A stretch of 64,000 nucleotides of DNA from Planctomycetota bacterium (lineage in GTDB: Bacteria > Planctomycetota > PLA2 > JAEUHO01): NCBI GenBank assembly GCA_965223505.1, contig CBDCWP010000012.1, forward strand, positions 1 through 64,000. The letters are read 5' to 3'. Positions 29,528-40,843 of this stretch are shown one piece after another. The translations under genes and the position numbers were made by a program. Positions within the stretch are counted from its first letter, which is position 1. Each line of letters begins with the position of its first letter. The notes beneath the pieces were generated by a model, which worked only from the letters and a program-made list of their open reading frames with translations, did no database searches and was not told the DNA's origin.

Positions 29528-29537
29528 GCTCCAGTCT

Positions 29538-29580
29538 GAGCCGCTCCGGAGGCAACTCCGGAGCGGCTTCTTCGTCTTCT
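29538..29580 (+). terminator. Intrinsic terminator after the ncRNA
   Basis: AGCCGCTCCGGAG-GCAA-CTCCGGAGCGGCT followed by TCTTCGTCTTCT. Confidence 0.75.
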
Positions 29581-29704
29581 GGGGGCGTTCCGCCCCCAGA
29601 CCCCCACACTGAAGGGCGAGCGCACACGTCACGCCGCCCCCGATCAGCCCCTAGATCGCGAGCAACGACTCACTTCCACGACGGCCGACGGCGTCCGGCC
29701 CTCC

Positions 29705-29795
29705 CAGGACGGGAGCGGGATCGGCAGCAGGACGGGAGGGGGAGGGGGAGCGGGATCGGCAGCGGGACGGGAGGGGGAGGGAGCGGGAGCGGAAG
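29705..29795. repeat. G-rich hexamer-like tract with a 35-bp tandem duplication
   Basis: GGGAGCGGGATCGGCAGC(A/G)GGACGGGAGGGGGAGG at 29711 and 29746. Confidence 0.75.
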
Positions 29796-29870
29796 TGTGG
29801 GGCCCGGATGGCCCCCACGCGCTGATGCCCCTGAGGTAGGTCGCGCACCACGCAACGTACGATCCGCTTC

Positions 29871-32800
29871 ATGCCGCGCGCTCCCGCCACACCGGACGTC
29901 ATCAAGATCCGCGGGGCCCGCCAACACAACCTGCGCGGCATCGACGTCGACATCCCGCTCGGACAGCTCACCGTCATCACAGGGGTCTCCGGGTCCGGCA
30001 AGTCCACCCTCGCCTTCGACACCCTCTACGCCGAAGGCCAACGCCGCTACGTCGAGTCGTTCTCCGCCTACGCCCGGCAGTTCCTCGAGCGCATGGACCG
30101 GCCTGACGTCGATCGCGTCGAAGGCATCCCGCCCGCCGTCGCCATCGAGCGCTCCCGCCCCATTCGCGGCAGCCGCTCGACCGTCGCGACCATGTCCGAG
30201 CTGCTCGACCACGCCAAGCTGCTCTGGGCCAAGATCGCCGACCTCCACTGCGTCGAGTGCGGCCGACCCGTCTCCCGCGAGGGCCCTCGCCACGCCGCCC
30301 TGCGCCTCTCGCGGCTCGAGCGCGGCCGACGCGTCGTCGTCGGCTTCGAGATGCCCTTGCGCGGCCGTACGCCCGCCGACGTCATCGCCGACCTGCGCGC
30401 GGGCGGCCTCTTTCGCATCCTCGTGGGCGAACGCGCCGTCGATCTGGCGCCCGACGGCGCCAACCTGCCGCGCCGCGGCCCCGCCTTCGTGGTCGTCGAT
30501 CGCGCCATCGTCGGACGCACCGGCCGCAACCGGCTCGTCGAGTCGTTCGAGACCGCGTTCCGCGCCGGCGCCGGTCGCGCCGTCGTCCGCGTCCTGGCCA
30601 ACGACGACCACGCCGCCCAAACCCTGCGGTTCAGCGACCGGCTCCACTGCCCCGACTGCGACCGCGACTACCGAGCGCCCACGCCCAACCTCTTCTCGTT
30701 CAACAGCCCCGTCGGCGCGTGCGAGACCTGCCACGGATTCGGACGCACGTCGGGCATCGATTGGGACCTCGTGGTGCCCGATCCCGCCCTGAGCCTGCAG
30801 GCCGGCGCGGTGAAGCCGCTCCAGATGCCGTCCAAGCGCCGCTGGCGCTCTCGGATGCTCAAGTGGGCCCGCGACGCGGGGATCCCGGTCACCGCGCCCT
30901 GGCGCGATCTCGACCCGGACACCCGCAAGCGCGTGCTCCTCGGCGACGGCGCCTGGCCCGGTGTGAACGGCTTCTTCGAGAAGCTCAAGCGCAAGATCTA
31001 CAAGGTGCACGTCCGCGTGCTCCTCTCCCGATTCCGCGGCTACCCGGTCTGCCACGACTGCGACGGCGCCCGGCTGGGGCCCGAGGGGCGCGCCTGGCGC
31101 GTCGGTGGGCGGAGTCTGCCGGACGCCCTCGCGATGGACGTTACGCGCGCACGCGCCTTCTTCGCCGGGCTCCGGCTGCCCCGGGCCGCACAGGACGTCG
31201 CACGGCTCCTGCTGAAGGAGATCCGCGGCCGCCTGCAGTGGCTCGAGGAGGTGGGGCTCGGCTACCTCGGGCTCGACCGGTCCGCCCGCACCCTCTCCGG
31301 CGGCGAGGTGCAGCGCGTCAACCTCACCGCGGCGCTGGGCACGCATCTCGTCAACACCCTCTTCGTGCTCGACGAGCCTTCGATCGGGCTGCACCCGCGC
31401 GACAACGGACGTCTCGTCGGCATGCTGCGGCGCCTGTGCGACGAGGGCAACAGCGTGGTCGTGGTCGAGCACGACCCGGCGATCCTGACGGCCGCCGACC
31501 ACGTCATCGACCTCGGCCCGGGCGCCGGCGAGGAAGGCGGCCGCGTCACGGCCGTCGGAACCCCGGCCGCGCTGCGCGACGATCCCGCCAGCCTGACCGG
31601 CGCGTACCTCGCGGGCCGCAAGCGGGTCGCGCTGCCGCCCCGCAAGCCCGACGGCTCCGGGGACCTCGTCGGTGTTCGCGGCGCCCGCGCGCACAACCTC
31701 GACGGCGTGGATCTCTTGCTGCGCACCGGGGAGCTGACGGTCCTCACCGGCGTGTCGGGCAGCGGCAAGTCGAGCCTGGCGCACGACGTGCTCTTCCTCG
31801 CGCTCACCCGCGCGCTCGGACGGCCGGAGGGGACTCCGGGACCGCACGATGCCGTCGTCGGCGTCGAGCACGTCACCGAGGCGGTGCTCGTCGAGCAAGG
31901 CGGGGTCGGACAGACCTCGCGGGCCAACCCGGCGACGTACGTCGGCGCTTGGGACGGCGTGCGGGCGCTCTTCGCGTCGCTGCCCGCTTCGAAGGAAGCG
32001 CGCTTCGGTCCGGGGACCTTTTCGTTCAACGTCGCCGGCGGCCGCTGCGAGCGCTGCAAAGGCGACGGCCGCGAACGCGTCGAGATGCAGTTCCTCTCCG
32101 ACGTCGACGTCACCTGCCCCGATTGCGACGGCACCCGCTTTCGCCCCGAGGTGCGGGAGATCACGTGGGAGGGCCTGTCCATCTCCGACGTGCTGCGGCT
32201 GACGACGAAGCAGGCCGTCGAGCGCTTCGAGGCCCATCCGCGCATCGCCAAGCCGCTGCGCGCGTTGCTCGGCGTCGGCCTCGGATACCTTCGACTGGGA
32301 CAGCCGCTCTCGACGTTGTCGAGCGGCGAGATTCAGCGGCTGCGGCTCGCGACGGCGCTCGTCGACCGCGAGAAGGCCGCGCGGCGCGTGTACGTCTTCG
32401 ACGAACCCACCACCGGCTTGCATCTCGACGACGTCGCCGTGCTCGTGCGCGCCTTGCGGGATCTCGCCGACCGCGGCCACGCGGTGCTCGTCGTGGAGCA
32501 CCACGTCGACGTCATGTGGGCCGCCGACCGCGTCGTCGACCTCGGGCCCGAAGGCGGACCGGGCGGCGGCGAAGTCGTCGCCGACGGGACGCCCGCTCAG
32601 GTCGCGCGCGGGCCGGGACACACCGCGCGGTTCCTGCGCGCCGCCCGCCGCAAGCCGTCCCTCAAGCGGCGCGTGGCGGTACGCAAGGCCGGACCGCCGG
32701 CGATCCAGATCAGCGGCGCACGCGAGCACAACCTGCGCGGCGTGACGCTCGACCTGCCGCGCGACGAGCTCGTGGTGGTCAGCGGGCCGAGCGGCTCCGG

Positions 32801-35465
32801 CAAGTCCACGCTCGCGTTCGACATCGTCTTCGCCGAAGGCCAACGCCGGTACATCGACACGCTCTCCGCGTACGCGCGCCAGTTCGTCGGACAGCTCGCG
32901 CGGCCCGACGTCGATCACGTGGCCGGCATCCCGCCGACCGTCGCGATCGAACAGCGGCGCACGCGCGGCAGCCGCCGTTCGACCGTCGCGACCATGACCG
33001 AGGTCGCACACTTCCTGCGGTTGTTGTTCGCGCGTACCGGTGCGCCGCACTGCCCGCGCTGCGACCGCCCGCTGCGCACGCTGCCGCCCGACGCGATCTA
33101 TGACCGCATCCTGACCGAGTATCGCAACCAGCCGCTGCAGCTGTTCGCGCCGCGCATCCTCGGACGGAAAGGCTTCCACAAGGAGGTCTTCGAAGACATG
33201 GTCAAGCGCGGCCATCGCCGCGCCCTGGCCGACGGCGCGCTCGTCGATGCCGATCCGCCGCCGAAGCTCGACCGCTATCGCGAGCACGACGTCGAGGAAG
33301 AGATCGCGTCGTTGAAGGTCACGCGCGCGAACCGGCCGGCGCTGAAGGCCGCTCTCGACGAAGCCCTGACGCTCGGCAACGGCGCCGTCACGCTGCGCAC
33401 GGCCGACGGCACGACGCGCACCCTGTCCGTCGAGCGCACGTGTCCGCGCGACGGCGCCACCGTGCCCGAGCTGGATCCGCGCTTCTTCAGCCACAACAGC
33501 CACCGCGGCTGGTGTCCCGCCTGCAAGGGCCTCGGCGCCCGGCCGCAGGTCGATGCGCTCCGGCTGCCGCTCCAAGCGGACAAGTCGCTGGCGAACGGCG
33601 CGATCGGCATGGTCGGCATCGAGCCGCCCATGAAGCGTGCCTTTCTGCGGGACGTGCGCGAGATCCTCGGCCTGGACACGAAAACGCTGTGGCGCAACCT
33701 GCCGAAGCGCACCCAGCGCACGCTGCTGCTCGGCAACAAGTCGTTCGAAGGCGCGGGCTCGCGCGTGACCGCGTTCTTCGAGCGCGCGCCGGACATCGCC
33801 ATCGACTGGTTCGGCGACTACGTGAGCCGCGCGACCTGCGACGCGTGCAACGGGCTGCGGTTGCGGCCCGAGGCGCGCGCGGTGCGCGCGGGCGGGTTCA
33901 CCTATCCGGCACTGCTCGCCCTGCCGGTGCAGCGCTTCCTGCCCGCGGTGGACGGCATGACGTTCTCGAAGCGCGACGGCGAGATCGCGAAGCCCATCCT
34001 GCGGGAGCTGCGCGAGCGCGTCACCTTCCTCGAGTCCATCGGCCTGAGCTACCTCACGCTCGATCGCACGGCGGCGACGCTGTCCGGCGGCGAGACGCAG
34101 CGCATCCGGCTTGCCGCGCAGCTGGGCAGCAACCTGCGCGGCGTCTGCTACGTGCTCGACGAACCGACGATCGGCCTGCATCCGCGCGACAACGAAAAGC
34201 TGTTGAACGCCGTCACCGGGTTGCGCGACCGCGGGAACAGTCTCGTGGTCGTGGAGCACGACCTCGACACGATTCGTCGCGCGCAGCGCGTCGTCGACCT
34301 CGGCCCCGGCGGCGGGCGGCACGGCGGACGACTCGTCGCGATGGGAACGCCCGCGGCGCTCGAGCGCGATCCCGACTCCCCGACCGGGCGCGTGCTCGCG
34401 CGGCCGGCGCCGGCGCTCTGCGACGGCAACGGCGCCGACGGCAACGTGCTGAAGATCGCCGGCGTAAAGCGGCACAACCTACGCGGCGTCGACGCGGCCT
34501 TTCCGCTCGAGCGTCTCGTCGCGGTGACCGGCGTGTCGGGCGCGGGGAAGTCGACTCTCGTGCTCGACGTGCTGCACGACGCGGTGCGGTCGAAGCTACT
34601 CGACAAGCCGGTTCCGGACAAGCCGTTCCGCCGGTTGAGCGGGGCGCAGCACCTGACGCGCGTGCAGACGGTGGACGCGACGCCGGTGGGGAAGACGCCA
34701 CGCTCGGTGCCCGCGACCTATCTCAAGATCTGGGACCACGTGCGCAAGGCGCTGGCGGGCACCGAGGACGCCCGCACGCGCGGCTACGGGCCCGGACGGT
34801 TCTCGTTCAACGTGAAAGGGGGGCGCTGCGCGACCTGTGACGGCATGGGCGAGATCACCGTCGAGATGTCGTTCCTGCCGAACGTGCGCGTTCCGTGCGA
34901 GGCCTGCGACGGTGCGCGTTTCGGCGCGGAGACCCTGGAGATCACCTGGCGCGGCCGGCATGCGGCGGGCCTCCTCGATCTGACGTTCGAGGAGGCGCTG
35001 GACGTGTTCGGTGAGATGCCGCGCATCGAGCCCGCCGTCCGTCTCATGAACGAGATCGGCCTGGGCTATCTGACGCTGGGCCAACCGTCGCCGACGCTGT
35101 CGGGCGGGGAGGCGCAGCGGCTCAAGCTGGTTGCGGAGCTGGCGCGCGGCAGCCGCAGCGGCTCGACGCTGTACTTGCTCGACGAGCCGACCATCGGCCT
35201 GCACGGCGAGGATGTCGATCGCTTGCTCGACGTCCTGCGGCGTCTCGTCGAGCGCGGCAACACCGTGCTCGTCGTGGAGCACCACCTGGAGTTCATCGCG
35301 CAGTGCGACCACGTGATCGACCTCGGACCGGACGGCGGCGACGCCGGCGGCGAGATCGTCGTGGCGGGATCGCCGCGCGACGTGGCGCGCGCGTGGCGGC
35401 GCAGCGCGACGGGCAGGGCCCTGCGCGAGATGGCCCGCGGTGCGGCCCCGGTCGGGACGGCATAA
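29871..35465 (+). CDS. uvrA: Excinuclease ABC subunit A, double-length (two fused UvrA units)
   Basis: Four Walker A motifs (GxSGxGKS); AEGQRRY twice; LSGGE/LSSGE and DEP four times; several Zn-finger CxxC motifs; 1864 aa. Confidence 0.95.
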   Translation: MPRAPATPDVIKIRGARQHNLRGIDVDIPLGQLTVITGVSGSGKSTLAFDTLYAEGQRRYVESFSAYARQFLERMDRPDVDRVEGIPPAVAIERSRPIRGSRSTVATMSELLDHAKLLWAKIADLHCVECGRPVSREGPRHAALRLSRLERGRRVVVGFEMPLRGRTPADVIADLRAGGLFRILVGERAVDLAPDGANLPRRGPAFVVVDRAIVGRTGRNRLVESFETAFRAGAGRAVVRVLANDDHAAQTLRFSDRLHCPDCDRDYRAPTPNLFSFNSPVGACETCHGFGRTSGIDWDLVVPDPALSLQAGAVKPLQMPSKRRWRSRMLKWARDAGIPVTAPWRDLDPDTRKRVLLGDGAWPGVNGFFEKLKRKIYKVHVRVLLSRFRGYPVCHDCDGARLGPEGRAWRVGGRSLPDALAMDVTRARAFFAGLRLPRAAQDVARLLLKEIRGRLQWLEEVGLGYLGLDRSARTLSGGEVQRVNLTAALGTHLVNTLFVLDEPSIGLHPRDNGRLVGMLRRLCDEGNSVVVVEHDPAILTAADHVIDLGPGAGEEGGRVTAVGTPAALRDDPASLTGAYLAGRKRVALPPRKPDGSGDLVGVRGARAHNLDGVDLLLRTGELTVLTGVSGSGKSSLAHDVLFLALTRALGRPEGTPGPHDAVVGVEHVTEAVLVEQGGVGQTSRANPATYVGAWDGVRALFASLPASKEARFGPGTFSFNVAGGRCERCKGDGRERVEMQFLSDVDVTCPDCDGTRFRPEVREITWEGLSISDVLRLTTKQAVERFEAHPRIAKPLRALLGVGLGYLRLGQPLSTLSSGEIQRLRLATALVDREKAARRVYVFDEPTTGLHLDDVAVLVRALRDLADRGHAVLVVEHHVDVMWAADRVVDLGPEGGPGGGEVVADGTPAQVARGPGHTARFLRAARRKPSLKRRVAVRKAGPPAIQISGAREHNLRGVTLDLPRDELVVVSGPSGSGKSTLAFDIVFAEGQRRYIDTLSAYARQFVGQLARPDVDHVAGIPPTVAIEQRRTRGSRRSTVATMTEVAHFLRLLFARTGAPHCPRCDRPLRTLPPDAIYDRILTEYRNQPLQLFAPRILGRKGFHKEVFEDMVKRGHRRALADGALVDADPPPKLDRYREHDVEEEIASLKVTRANRPALKAALDEALTLGNGAVTLRTADGTTRTLSVERTCPRDGATVPELDPRFFSHNSHRGWCPACKGLGARPQVDALRLPLQADKSLANGAIGMVGIEPPMKRAFLRDVREILGLDTKTLWRNLPKRTQRTLLLGNKSFEGAGSRVTAFFERAPDIAIDWFGDYVSRATCDACNGLRLRPEARAVRAGGFTYPALLALPVQRFLPAVDGMTFSKRDGEIAKPILRELRERVTFLESIGLSYLTLDRTAATLSGGETQRIRLAAQLGSNLRGVCYVLDEPTIGLHPRDNEKLLNAVTGLRDRGNSLVVVEHDLDTIRRAQRVVDLGPGGGRHGGRLVAMGTPAALERDPDSPTGRVLARPAPALCDGNGADGNVLKIAGVKRHNLRGVDAAFPLERLVAVTGVSGAGKSTLVLDVLHDAVRSKLLDKPVPDKPFRRLSGAQHLTRVQTVDATPVGKTPRSVPATYLKIWDHVRKALAGTEDARTRGYGPGRFSFNVKGGRCATCDGMGEITVEMSFLPNVRVPCEACDGARFGAETLEITWRGRHAAGLLDLTFEEALDVFGEMPRIEPAVRLMNEIGLGYLTLGQPSPTLSGGEAQRLKLVAELARGSRSGSTLYLLDEPTIGLHGEDVDRLLDVLRRLVERGNTVLVVEHHLEFIAQCDHVIDLGPDGGDAGGEIVVAGSPRDVARAWRRSATGRALREMARGAAPVGTA

Positions 35466-35500
35466 TGTCGACGCTACGCGCGAGGGGTGCGGGAGTGACC

Positions 35501-36946
35501 ATGCTTCGACGAACCGCCTACGGGCTCGCGCTGATCGCGACGTCCCTGCTCGCCGCCTGCGGCGACGACGACGAGACGCCGGTCGTCGAGGGCGTGCGTG
35601 TGCTCATTCGCACCAGCGCCTCCGACGGGCCCGTGCAGGGCGACCTGTTTCTGAGGAAGACCGAAGGCGAGCGCGAGCAGATCGCGCTGCGCCGTCTCGA
35701 AGGGGACGTGTGGATCGCCGATGGCGCGCCGAACGGGTACTACCGGATCGCCTCGACGGAAGGCTGGCAACACCTGTGGCCGAGCGCAATGCCGCCGATG
35801 CTCTACGCCGGTGAGCAGCCGAACCATGCCTGGCTGGGCCGGCCGAACACCCTCTATCTCGGCCCCGCGCCCGGCTCCGTGCACGCCCCCGGCCTCGAGT
35901 GGTTCGTCCAGCGCGTGGAAGGGCGCGACGGCGCCGGCGTGGAGATTCCCGTCGAGATCTTCGACCAGGAGGTCGTCGATCTGCCGCATCCGCACGTCGC
36001 GCTGCGCTTCACGACCGAGACCTGGGTCGGCACGTTCCGCGCGCTCGGGCGCATGCGCGACGGGGCGCTGTGCGAGCCGGTCGTCATCAGTCTTCCGATC
36101 GACAACGGCAACCGGCCGCGGCTGCACCACGTGCGACCGGCGCGCGCGCAGCCGCTGGTCACGACGCTCGTGCGCACCGACCCGCAGCAACCCGTGCCCG
36201 ACGGCACGCTGGTGACCGCAACGCTCATCGGACTGCCGATCGACGAGGTCTACGAAGCCCGCACGCATGGCGAGATCGCGTACTTTCCCGAGGTCGCGGT
36301 CGCCGGAAACGGCGTGCGCGTGTCCTTCGGCGCGTCCGCCCGCGCCCACGTCATCTCGAACAAGACGTGGCGCCGGCTGGGCGCGACGTACCTGCTCGCG
36401 CCGGACGCGAAGGCCGTCCGCGTGCCGCTGGAGGGGCTCGACCCTTGGGCGGAGCGCATGCTGATGATCCGCATGGATCGCGGCGACCGCTACGGCCTCG
36501 CGGCCATCGACGTCGACGGCGTCGACGCCTCCGTGCGGGCGCCGGTCGGCCGGCAGCGCTGGCTCCTCCGGCTGGTCGACGCGGCCGGCAAGGCGCAGTG
36601 GGCGTCGCTCGACGTCGACGTGCAGGCCGGCGCCGACACGCGCGTGCGCGTCGGGGACCTGCAACGCGGCTGTACGGTCAAGGGCAACGTCCATGCGGTG
36701 CCGACGCTCGGCTACCGGTTGCTCTTCTTCCGCGACGAAGGCGACGGCGAAGCGGACATCCAGGTGCTCGGCCACGGTTTCGACGTGTCGATCAGCCACA
36801 CCGGCAGCTTCGAGGCCGATCTGCCCCCGGGCAGCTATCGCGTGTCGATCCTGGAGCCGAGCGGCCGCGAACAGGCGCAGGAGGGCGTCCTGCAGCTCAC
36901 GGAGGGCGTCCAGGTGCGGCGGTCGTTCACCTACCGGCCGCAGTGA
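35501..36946 (+). CDS. Hypothetical lipoprotein (beta-sandwich / carboxypeptidase-regulatory-like)
   Basis: Lipobox LAAC; LPPGSYRV motif. Confidence 0.6.
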   Translation: MLRRTAYGLALIATSLLAACGDDDETPVVEGVRVLIRTSASDGPVQGDLFLRKTEGEREQIALRRLEGDVWIADGAPNGYYRIASTEGWQHLWPSAMPPMLYAGEQPNHAWLGRPNTLYLGPAPGSVHAPGLEWFVQRVEGRDGAGVEIPVEIFDQEVVDLPHPHVALRFTTETWVGTFRALGRMRDGALCEPVVISLPIDNGNRPRLHHVRPARAQPLVTTLVRTDPQQPVPDGTLVTATLIGLPIDEVYEARTHGEIAYFPEVAVAGNGVRVSFGASARAHVISNKTWRRLGATYLLAPDAKAVRVPLEGLDPWAERMLMIRMDRGDRYGLAAIDVDGVDASVRAPVGRQRWLLRLVDAAGKAQWASLDVDVQAGADTRVRVGDLQRGCTVKGNVHAVPTLGYRLLFFRDEGDGEADIQVLGHGFDVSISHTGSFEADLPPGSYRVSILEPSGREQAQEGVLQLTEGVQVRRSFTYRPQ

Positions 36947-37051
36947 CCCGTTCCTGGACGGGCCGGGTTCAAGAACCCCAGGCCCGTTGACCGTGCGGAC
37001 GGGCAGAAGTACGGTCGCCGGTCCCCATCGAGCCCCTTCCGGAGAGACGGC

Positions 37052-37663
37052 ATGTCGAACTCCAAACGAAAAGGCGTGACCCGGCGTGCGTTGTTCAAAG
37101 GCGCGGGTCTCGCCGCCGCGAGCGGCGCGGTGCTCGGCCCGCTCGAAGCGTTGGCCAAGGAGGGCGACGAGGGTGTCCGCACCCAGGGGCCGGGCGCCGT
37201 CGACGTCGAGCTACGCGTCAACGGTACGGAGCAAAAGGTGTCCGTCGAACCGCGCGAGACGCTGCTGCAGGCATTGCGTCTGCCGCTGGATCTGACCGGC
37301 GCGAAGCCCGCGTGCGACCGCGCGCAGTGCGGTGCGTGCACCGTGATAATGGACGGAAAGACCGTGTACGCCTGCACCGTCCTCGCCGTCGAGGCGGAGG
37401 GGCACGAGGTGACGACCGTCGAGGGTCTGGGTACGCCGCAGAACATGGACGCCACGCAGAAGGCGTTCGTGAAGCACGACGCGCTACAGTGCGGCTTCTG
37501 CACGCCGGGCATGGTCGTCTCCTGTGCGTACGCGGTGAAGACGTACGGCAAGCAATGCACGGCCGAGCAGGTCAAGGAAGCGACGGCAGGCAACCTCTGT
37601 CGTTGCGGCACGTATCCGCATGTCCTGAGTGCCGCGCTCGAGGCGGCGAGAGGCGGTGCCTGA
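37052..37663 (+). CDS. Tat-exported 2Fe-2S subunit of a xanthine dehydrogenase-family enzyme (PaoA/YagT-like)
   Basis: TRRALFK twin-arginine signal; CDRAQCGACT, QCGFCTPG, NLCRCG. Confidence 0.92.
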   Translation: MSNSKRKGVTRRALFKGAGLAAASGAVLGPLEALAKEGDEGVRTQGPGAVDVELRVNGTEQKVSVEPRETLLQALRLPLDLTGAKPACDRAQCGACTVIMDGKTVYACTVLAVEAEGHEVTTVEGLGTPQNMDATQKAFVKHDALQCGFCTPGMVVSCAYAVKTYGKQCTAEQVKEATAGNLCRCGTYPHVLSAALEAARGGA

Positions 37664-39858
37664 TGCCGCGTGAGATCACCTACAAGGCCGGCATCGAAGG
37701 CGCTGAGCGCGAGATCACCGTGCAGGTGCACGACCTCGACTGCGACCCGTGGCCGCTCGGCGCGGAGCTGAAGCACGTCGGCACCGACGTTCCGCGCGTG
37801 GACGGCCCCGACAAGGCGACCGGCGCGGCCAAGTTCACGTACGACATCAACCGGCCCAACCTGGCGTACGCCGGGGTCGTCGCCGCGCCGCACGCGCACG
37901 CCGTCGTCCAGAAGGTCGACCTGAGCGCCGCGCAGGCGATGAAGGGCGTGCTGGCGACCCGGTCGTTCGAAGGACGTCGCGTGAAGCACGCCGGCCAGGC
38001 GGTCGCGGCGGTCTGCGCCGAGAGCGAAGGCGTGCTCAGCGACGCCTTGCGCGCGATTCGCGTCACCTACGAGGTCAAGCCGAACGCCGTCACGATCGAG
38101 CAAGCGCTGAAGGACGAGGTGCGCGTCGACGATCGCGGCGGCAGCAACGACAACGTCGGCCGTCCTGTCCGGCGCGGCAACGCCGACAAGGCCGTCGAAG
38201 AGGCGGACGTCAAGGTGCAGGCCGAGTACCGCACCGCGATCCAGACGCACTCCGCGCTCGAGCCGCACGGCAGCGTGACGGAGATCCACGCTGACGGGAC
38301 GGCGACGGTCTGGGCGAGCACCCAGTCGTGCAGCAGCTTCGGCCGCGGGCTGCAACGGCCGCTGGGGCTGCGCCGCAACGACATCCGGGTCATCACGCAG
38401 CACATGGGCGGCGGCTTCGGCGCGAAGTTCGGCCCGCGGCCCGGCGATGCGCTCGCCGCCGAGTTCGCCAAGGAGACGAAGCGGCCGGTCAAGTACCTGC
38501 TGCCGCGGCGCCTGGAGCATCTCGTCGGCGGCAACCGGCCCGACTCCATCCAGAAGATGACGCTCGCCGGCATGAAGGACGGCTCGTTCAAAGCGCTGAT
38601 GGGCGAGACCTGGGGCACCTCCGGCAACGGCAAGGGCGGCGCGGGCTGCGCGAACTTCAACGCGTACGACCTCGGCGCGGTCGTCATGGAACAGCACACG
38701 GTTTCGACGTTCACCGATCGCGGCGCCGCGTTTCGCGCGCCGCGGCACCCGCAGGGGTTCTTCGCGCTCGAGAGCTTGATCGACCTGTTCGCGGTCACGG
38801 TCGGCATGGACCCCCTGGCCGTACGTCTGAAGAACGAGACGCATCCCGTGCGCAAGATCCAGTGGAAGATCGGCGCGGAGCGCATCGGCTGGGAGACGAA
38901 CCGGCGCAAGACGCCCGACAAGGGCACGATCAAGCGCGGGGTCGGCTGCGCCGCCGGTCGCTGGGGCCAGGCGGGCCGCGGCGCGTATGTCGTCGAGCTC
39001 ACGCTCGCGTCCGACGGGAGCGTGACGGCGCGCAACGGCGTGCAGGACATCGGCACGGGGACGCGCACGGTCATCGCCATCCTGGCGGCCGAGGAGCTCG
39101 GCGTCGCGCCCTCACGCGTGAAGGTGGAGATCGGCGACACACGTTTCCCGCCCGGCCCGGGCAGCGGCGGCAGCACGACCGCGCCGTCCATCGGGCCCGC
39201 CGCGCGCGAAGCCGGCTTGCGCGGAAGAGAGGCCCTGCAGAAGCTGCTTGCGGCCGAGTGGGGGACGAAGCCCGAGGACGTCACGCAGAAGGACGGCGTG
39301 TTCGTCGCTGGAGACAAGCGGGCGACGTTCGAGCAGGCCTGCGGCCTCATCGACGGCTCGATCACGGTGCGCGGACAGCGCCGCCGCAACTACGCCGCCG
39401 CGCACGGCGAGACGGCGGGATGCCAGTTCGCCCAGGTCGCCGTCGACACCGAGACGGGCGTGATCACGGTGGAGAAGGTCGTCGCCGTGCACGACTGCGG
39501 CCGTGTGGTCGACACGTTGACGGCGCGAAGCCAGGTCAACGGCGGCGTCATCCAGGGCATCAGCTACGCGCTCTACGAGCAGCGACAGCTGGACCACAAC
39601 ATCGGCGACATGGTCAATCCCACGTTCGACACCTACAAGATCATGGGCATGCAGGACTGCCCCCAGATCGACGCCGTCATGACGTCGGTCGTGAGCGGTT
39701 TCAACAGCGTCGGCATGATGGGACTGGGCGAGCCCGCGACGGTGCCGACCGCCGGGGCGATCGCGAACGCGGTGTTCAACGCGCTCGGCGTCCAGGTTAC
39801 GGAGCTGCCGATGACGCCGGCCCGGGTGCTGGCGGCGCTGGAAAGGAGTGCGGGATGA
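37663..39858 (+). CDS. Xanthine dehydrogenase-family molybdopterin-binding subunit (PaoC-like)
   Basis: PRVDG..KATG, GGGFGAK, FRAP, QDIGTG, GSGGS, GLGEP; TGATG coupling. Confidence 0.92.
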   Translation: MPREITYKAGIEGAEREITVQVHDLDCDPWPLGAELKHVGTDVPRVDGPDKATGAAKFTYDINRPNLAYAGVVAAPHAHAVVQKVDLSAAQAMKGVLATRSFEGRRVKHAGQAVAAVCAESEGVLSDALRAIRVTYEVKPNAVTIEQALKDEVRVDDRGGSNDNVGRPVRRGNADKAVEEADVKVQAEYRTAIQTHSALEPHGSVTEIHADGTATVWASTQSCSSFGRGLQRPLGLRRNDIRVITQHMGGGFGAKFGPRPGDALAAEFAKETKRPVKYLLPRRLEHLVGGNRPDSIQKMTLAGMKDGSFKALMGETWGTSGNGKGGAGCANFNAYDLGAVVMEQHTVSTFTDRGAAFRAPRHPQGFFALESLIDLFAVTVGMDPLAVRLKNETHPVRKIQWKIGAERIGWETNRRKTPDKGTIKRGVGCAAGRWGQAGRGAYVVELTLASDGSVTARNGVQDIGTGTRTVIAILAAEELGVAPSRVKVEIGDTRFPPGPGSGGSTTAPSIGPAAREAGLRGREALQKLLAAEWGTKPEDVTQKDGVFVAGDKRATFEQACGLIDGSITVRGQRRRNYAAAHGETAGCQFAQVAVDTETGVITVEKVVAVHDCGRVVDTLTARSQVNGGVIQGISYALYEQRQLDHNIGDMVNPTFDTYKIMGMQDCPQIDAVMTSVVSGFNSVGMMGLGEPATVPTAGAIANAVFNALGVQVTELPMTPARVLAALERSAG

Positions 39859-40841
39859 AGCGCTTTCAGCTCGTCCGGCCGACGACCGTCGAGGACGCCG
39901 CGGCCGCGATGCAGGAGCCCGAAGGCAAGCGCCTGAAGGGCGGCGGCATCGACCTGCTCGACCTCATGAAGGAACGCGTCGAGGAGCCGGACACGCTCGT
40001 CGGGTTGAGCGATGTCGAGGGCTTCGACGTGATCGCCGTTCGCGACGACGGCAGCATCTCGATCGGCGCCGGCGCGACGCTGTCCGACCTCGCGGCCTCC
40101 GACGTCGTGCGGCGGTTCCTGCCGAGCCTGGCGCATGCGGCCGGGCAGGCCGCAAGCCTCCAGATCCGCAACCGTGCCACCATCGCCGGCAACGTCGCGC
40201 AGCAGACTCGCTGCGGCTACTACCGGCACGCGTCGTTCCCTTGTCTCTTGCGCGACGGCGGCAACGTGTGCCCCGTTCGGCAAGAGGGCGGCGTGCAGGA
40301 GACCGCCGGCATCTTCCACAACGAGACCTGTGCGTCCGCGCACCCGTCGAGCCTGGCGCCCGTGCTCGGCTCGCTCGACGCCACCTTCGTCACGCGCGGC
40401 GGCGAGAAGGGCGAGGCCTTCACGCTCGAGCAGCTGTTCGCCGGTCCGGACGGCAAAGCGGCCGCGTTCGCGATCCGCCCCGGATCCGTGATCGAGCGCG
40501 TCGAAATTCCACCGCGCGACGTGCCGCAGAAGCTCGGGTACGCCGAGGTGCGCCAGAAGGCCGCGTTCGACTGGGCCCTCGCCTCGTGCGCCGTGCGCGT
40601 CGTCGTCGACGGCGGCAAGATCACGGAAGCCGGCGTATGGCTCGGCTCGCTCGCGCCCGCGCCGCTACGCGCGATCTGGGTGGAGCAAGCGCTCGTGGGC
40701 AAGCCCTTCGACGACGACACGGCGGCGAAGGCGGGCGAGATCGCGCCGCAAGGCGCGACGCCGCTGCCCGGGACGCGCTACAAGGTGCAGCTTGCGCGCG
40801 TCGCGGTGAAGCGCGCGCTGTTGAATGCGATGGGGAGGTAG
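39855..40841 (+). CDS. Xanthine dehydrogenase-family FAD-binding subunit (PaoB/YagS-like)
   Basis: GGGIDLL, QIRNRATIAGN, and the 4Fe-4S insert RC.YYR...C...C...C. Confidence 0.9.
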   Translation: MKRFQLVRPTTVEDAAAAMQEPEGKRLKGGGIDLLDLMKERVEEPDTLVGLSDVEGFDVIAVRDDGSISIGAGATLSDLAASDVVRRFLPSLAHAAGQAASLQIRNRATIAGNVAQQTRCGYYRHASFPCLLRDGGNVCPVRQEGGVQETAGIFHNETCASAHPSSLAPVLGSLDATFVTRGGEKGEAFTLEQLFAGPDGKAAAFAIRPGSVIERVEIPPRDVPQKLGYAEVRQKAAFDWALASCAVRVVVDGGKITEAGVWLGSLAPAPLRAIWVEQALVGKPFDDDTAAKAGEIAPQGATPLPGTRYKVQLARVAVKRALLNAMGR

Positions 40842-40843
40842 CG

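Noticed and set aside
29670..34475. Very long antisense and alternate-frame ORFs (also 3038-5848, 27497-29632, 55595-58150)
   Set aside because: These are shadow ORFs caused by high GC and codon bias over well-supported genes.
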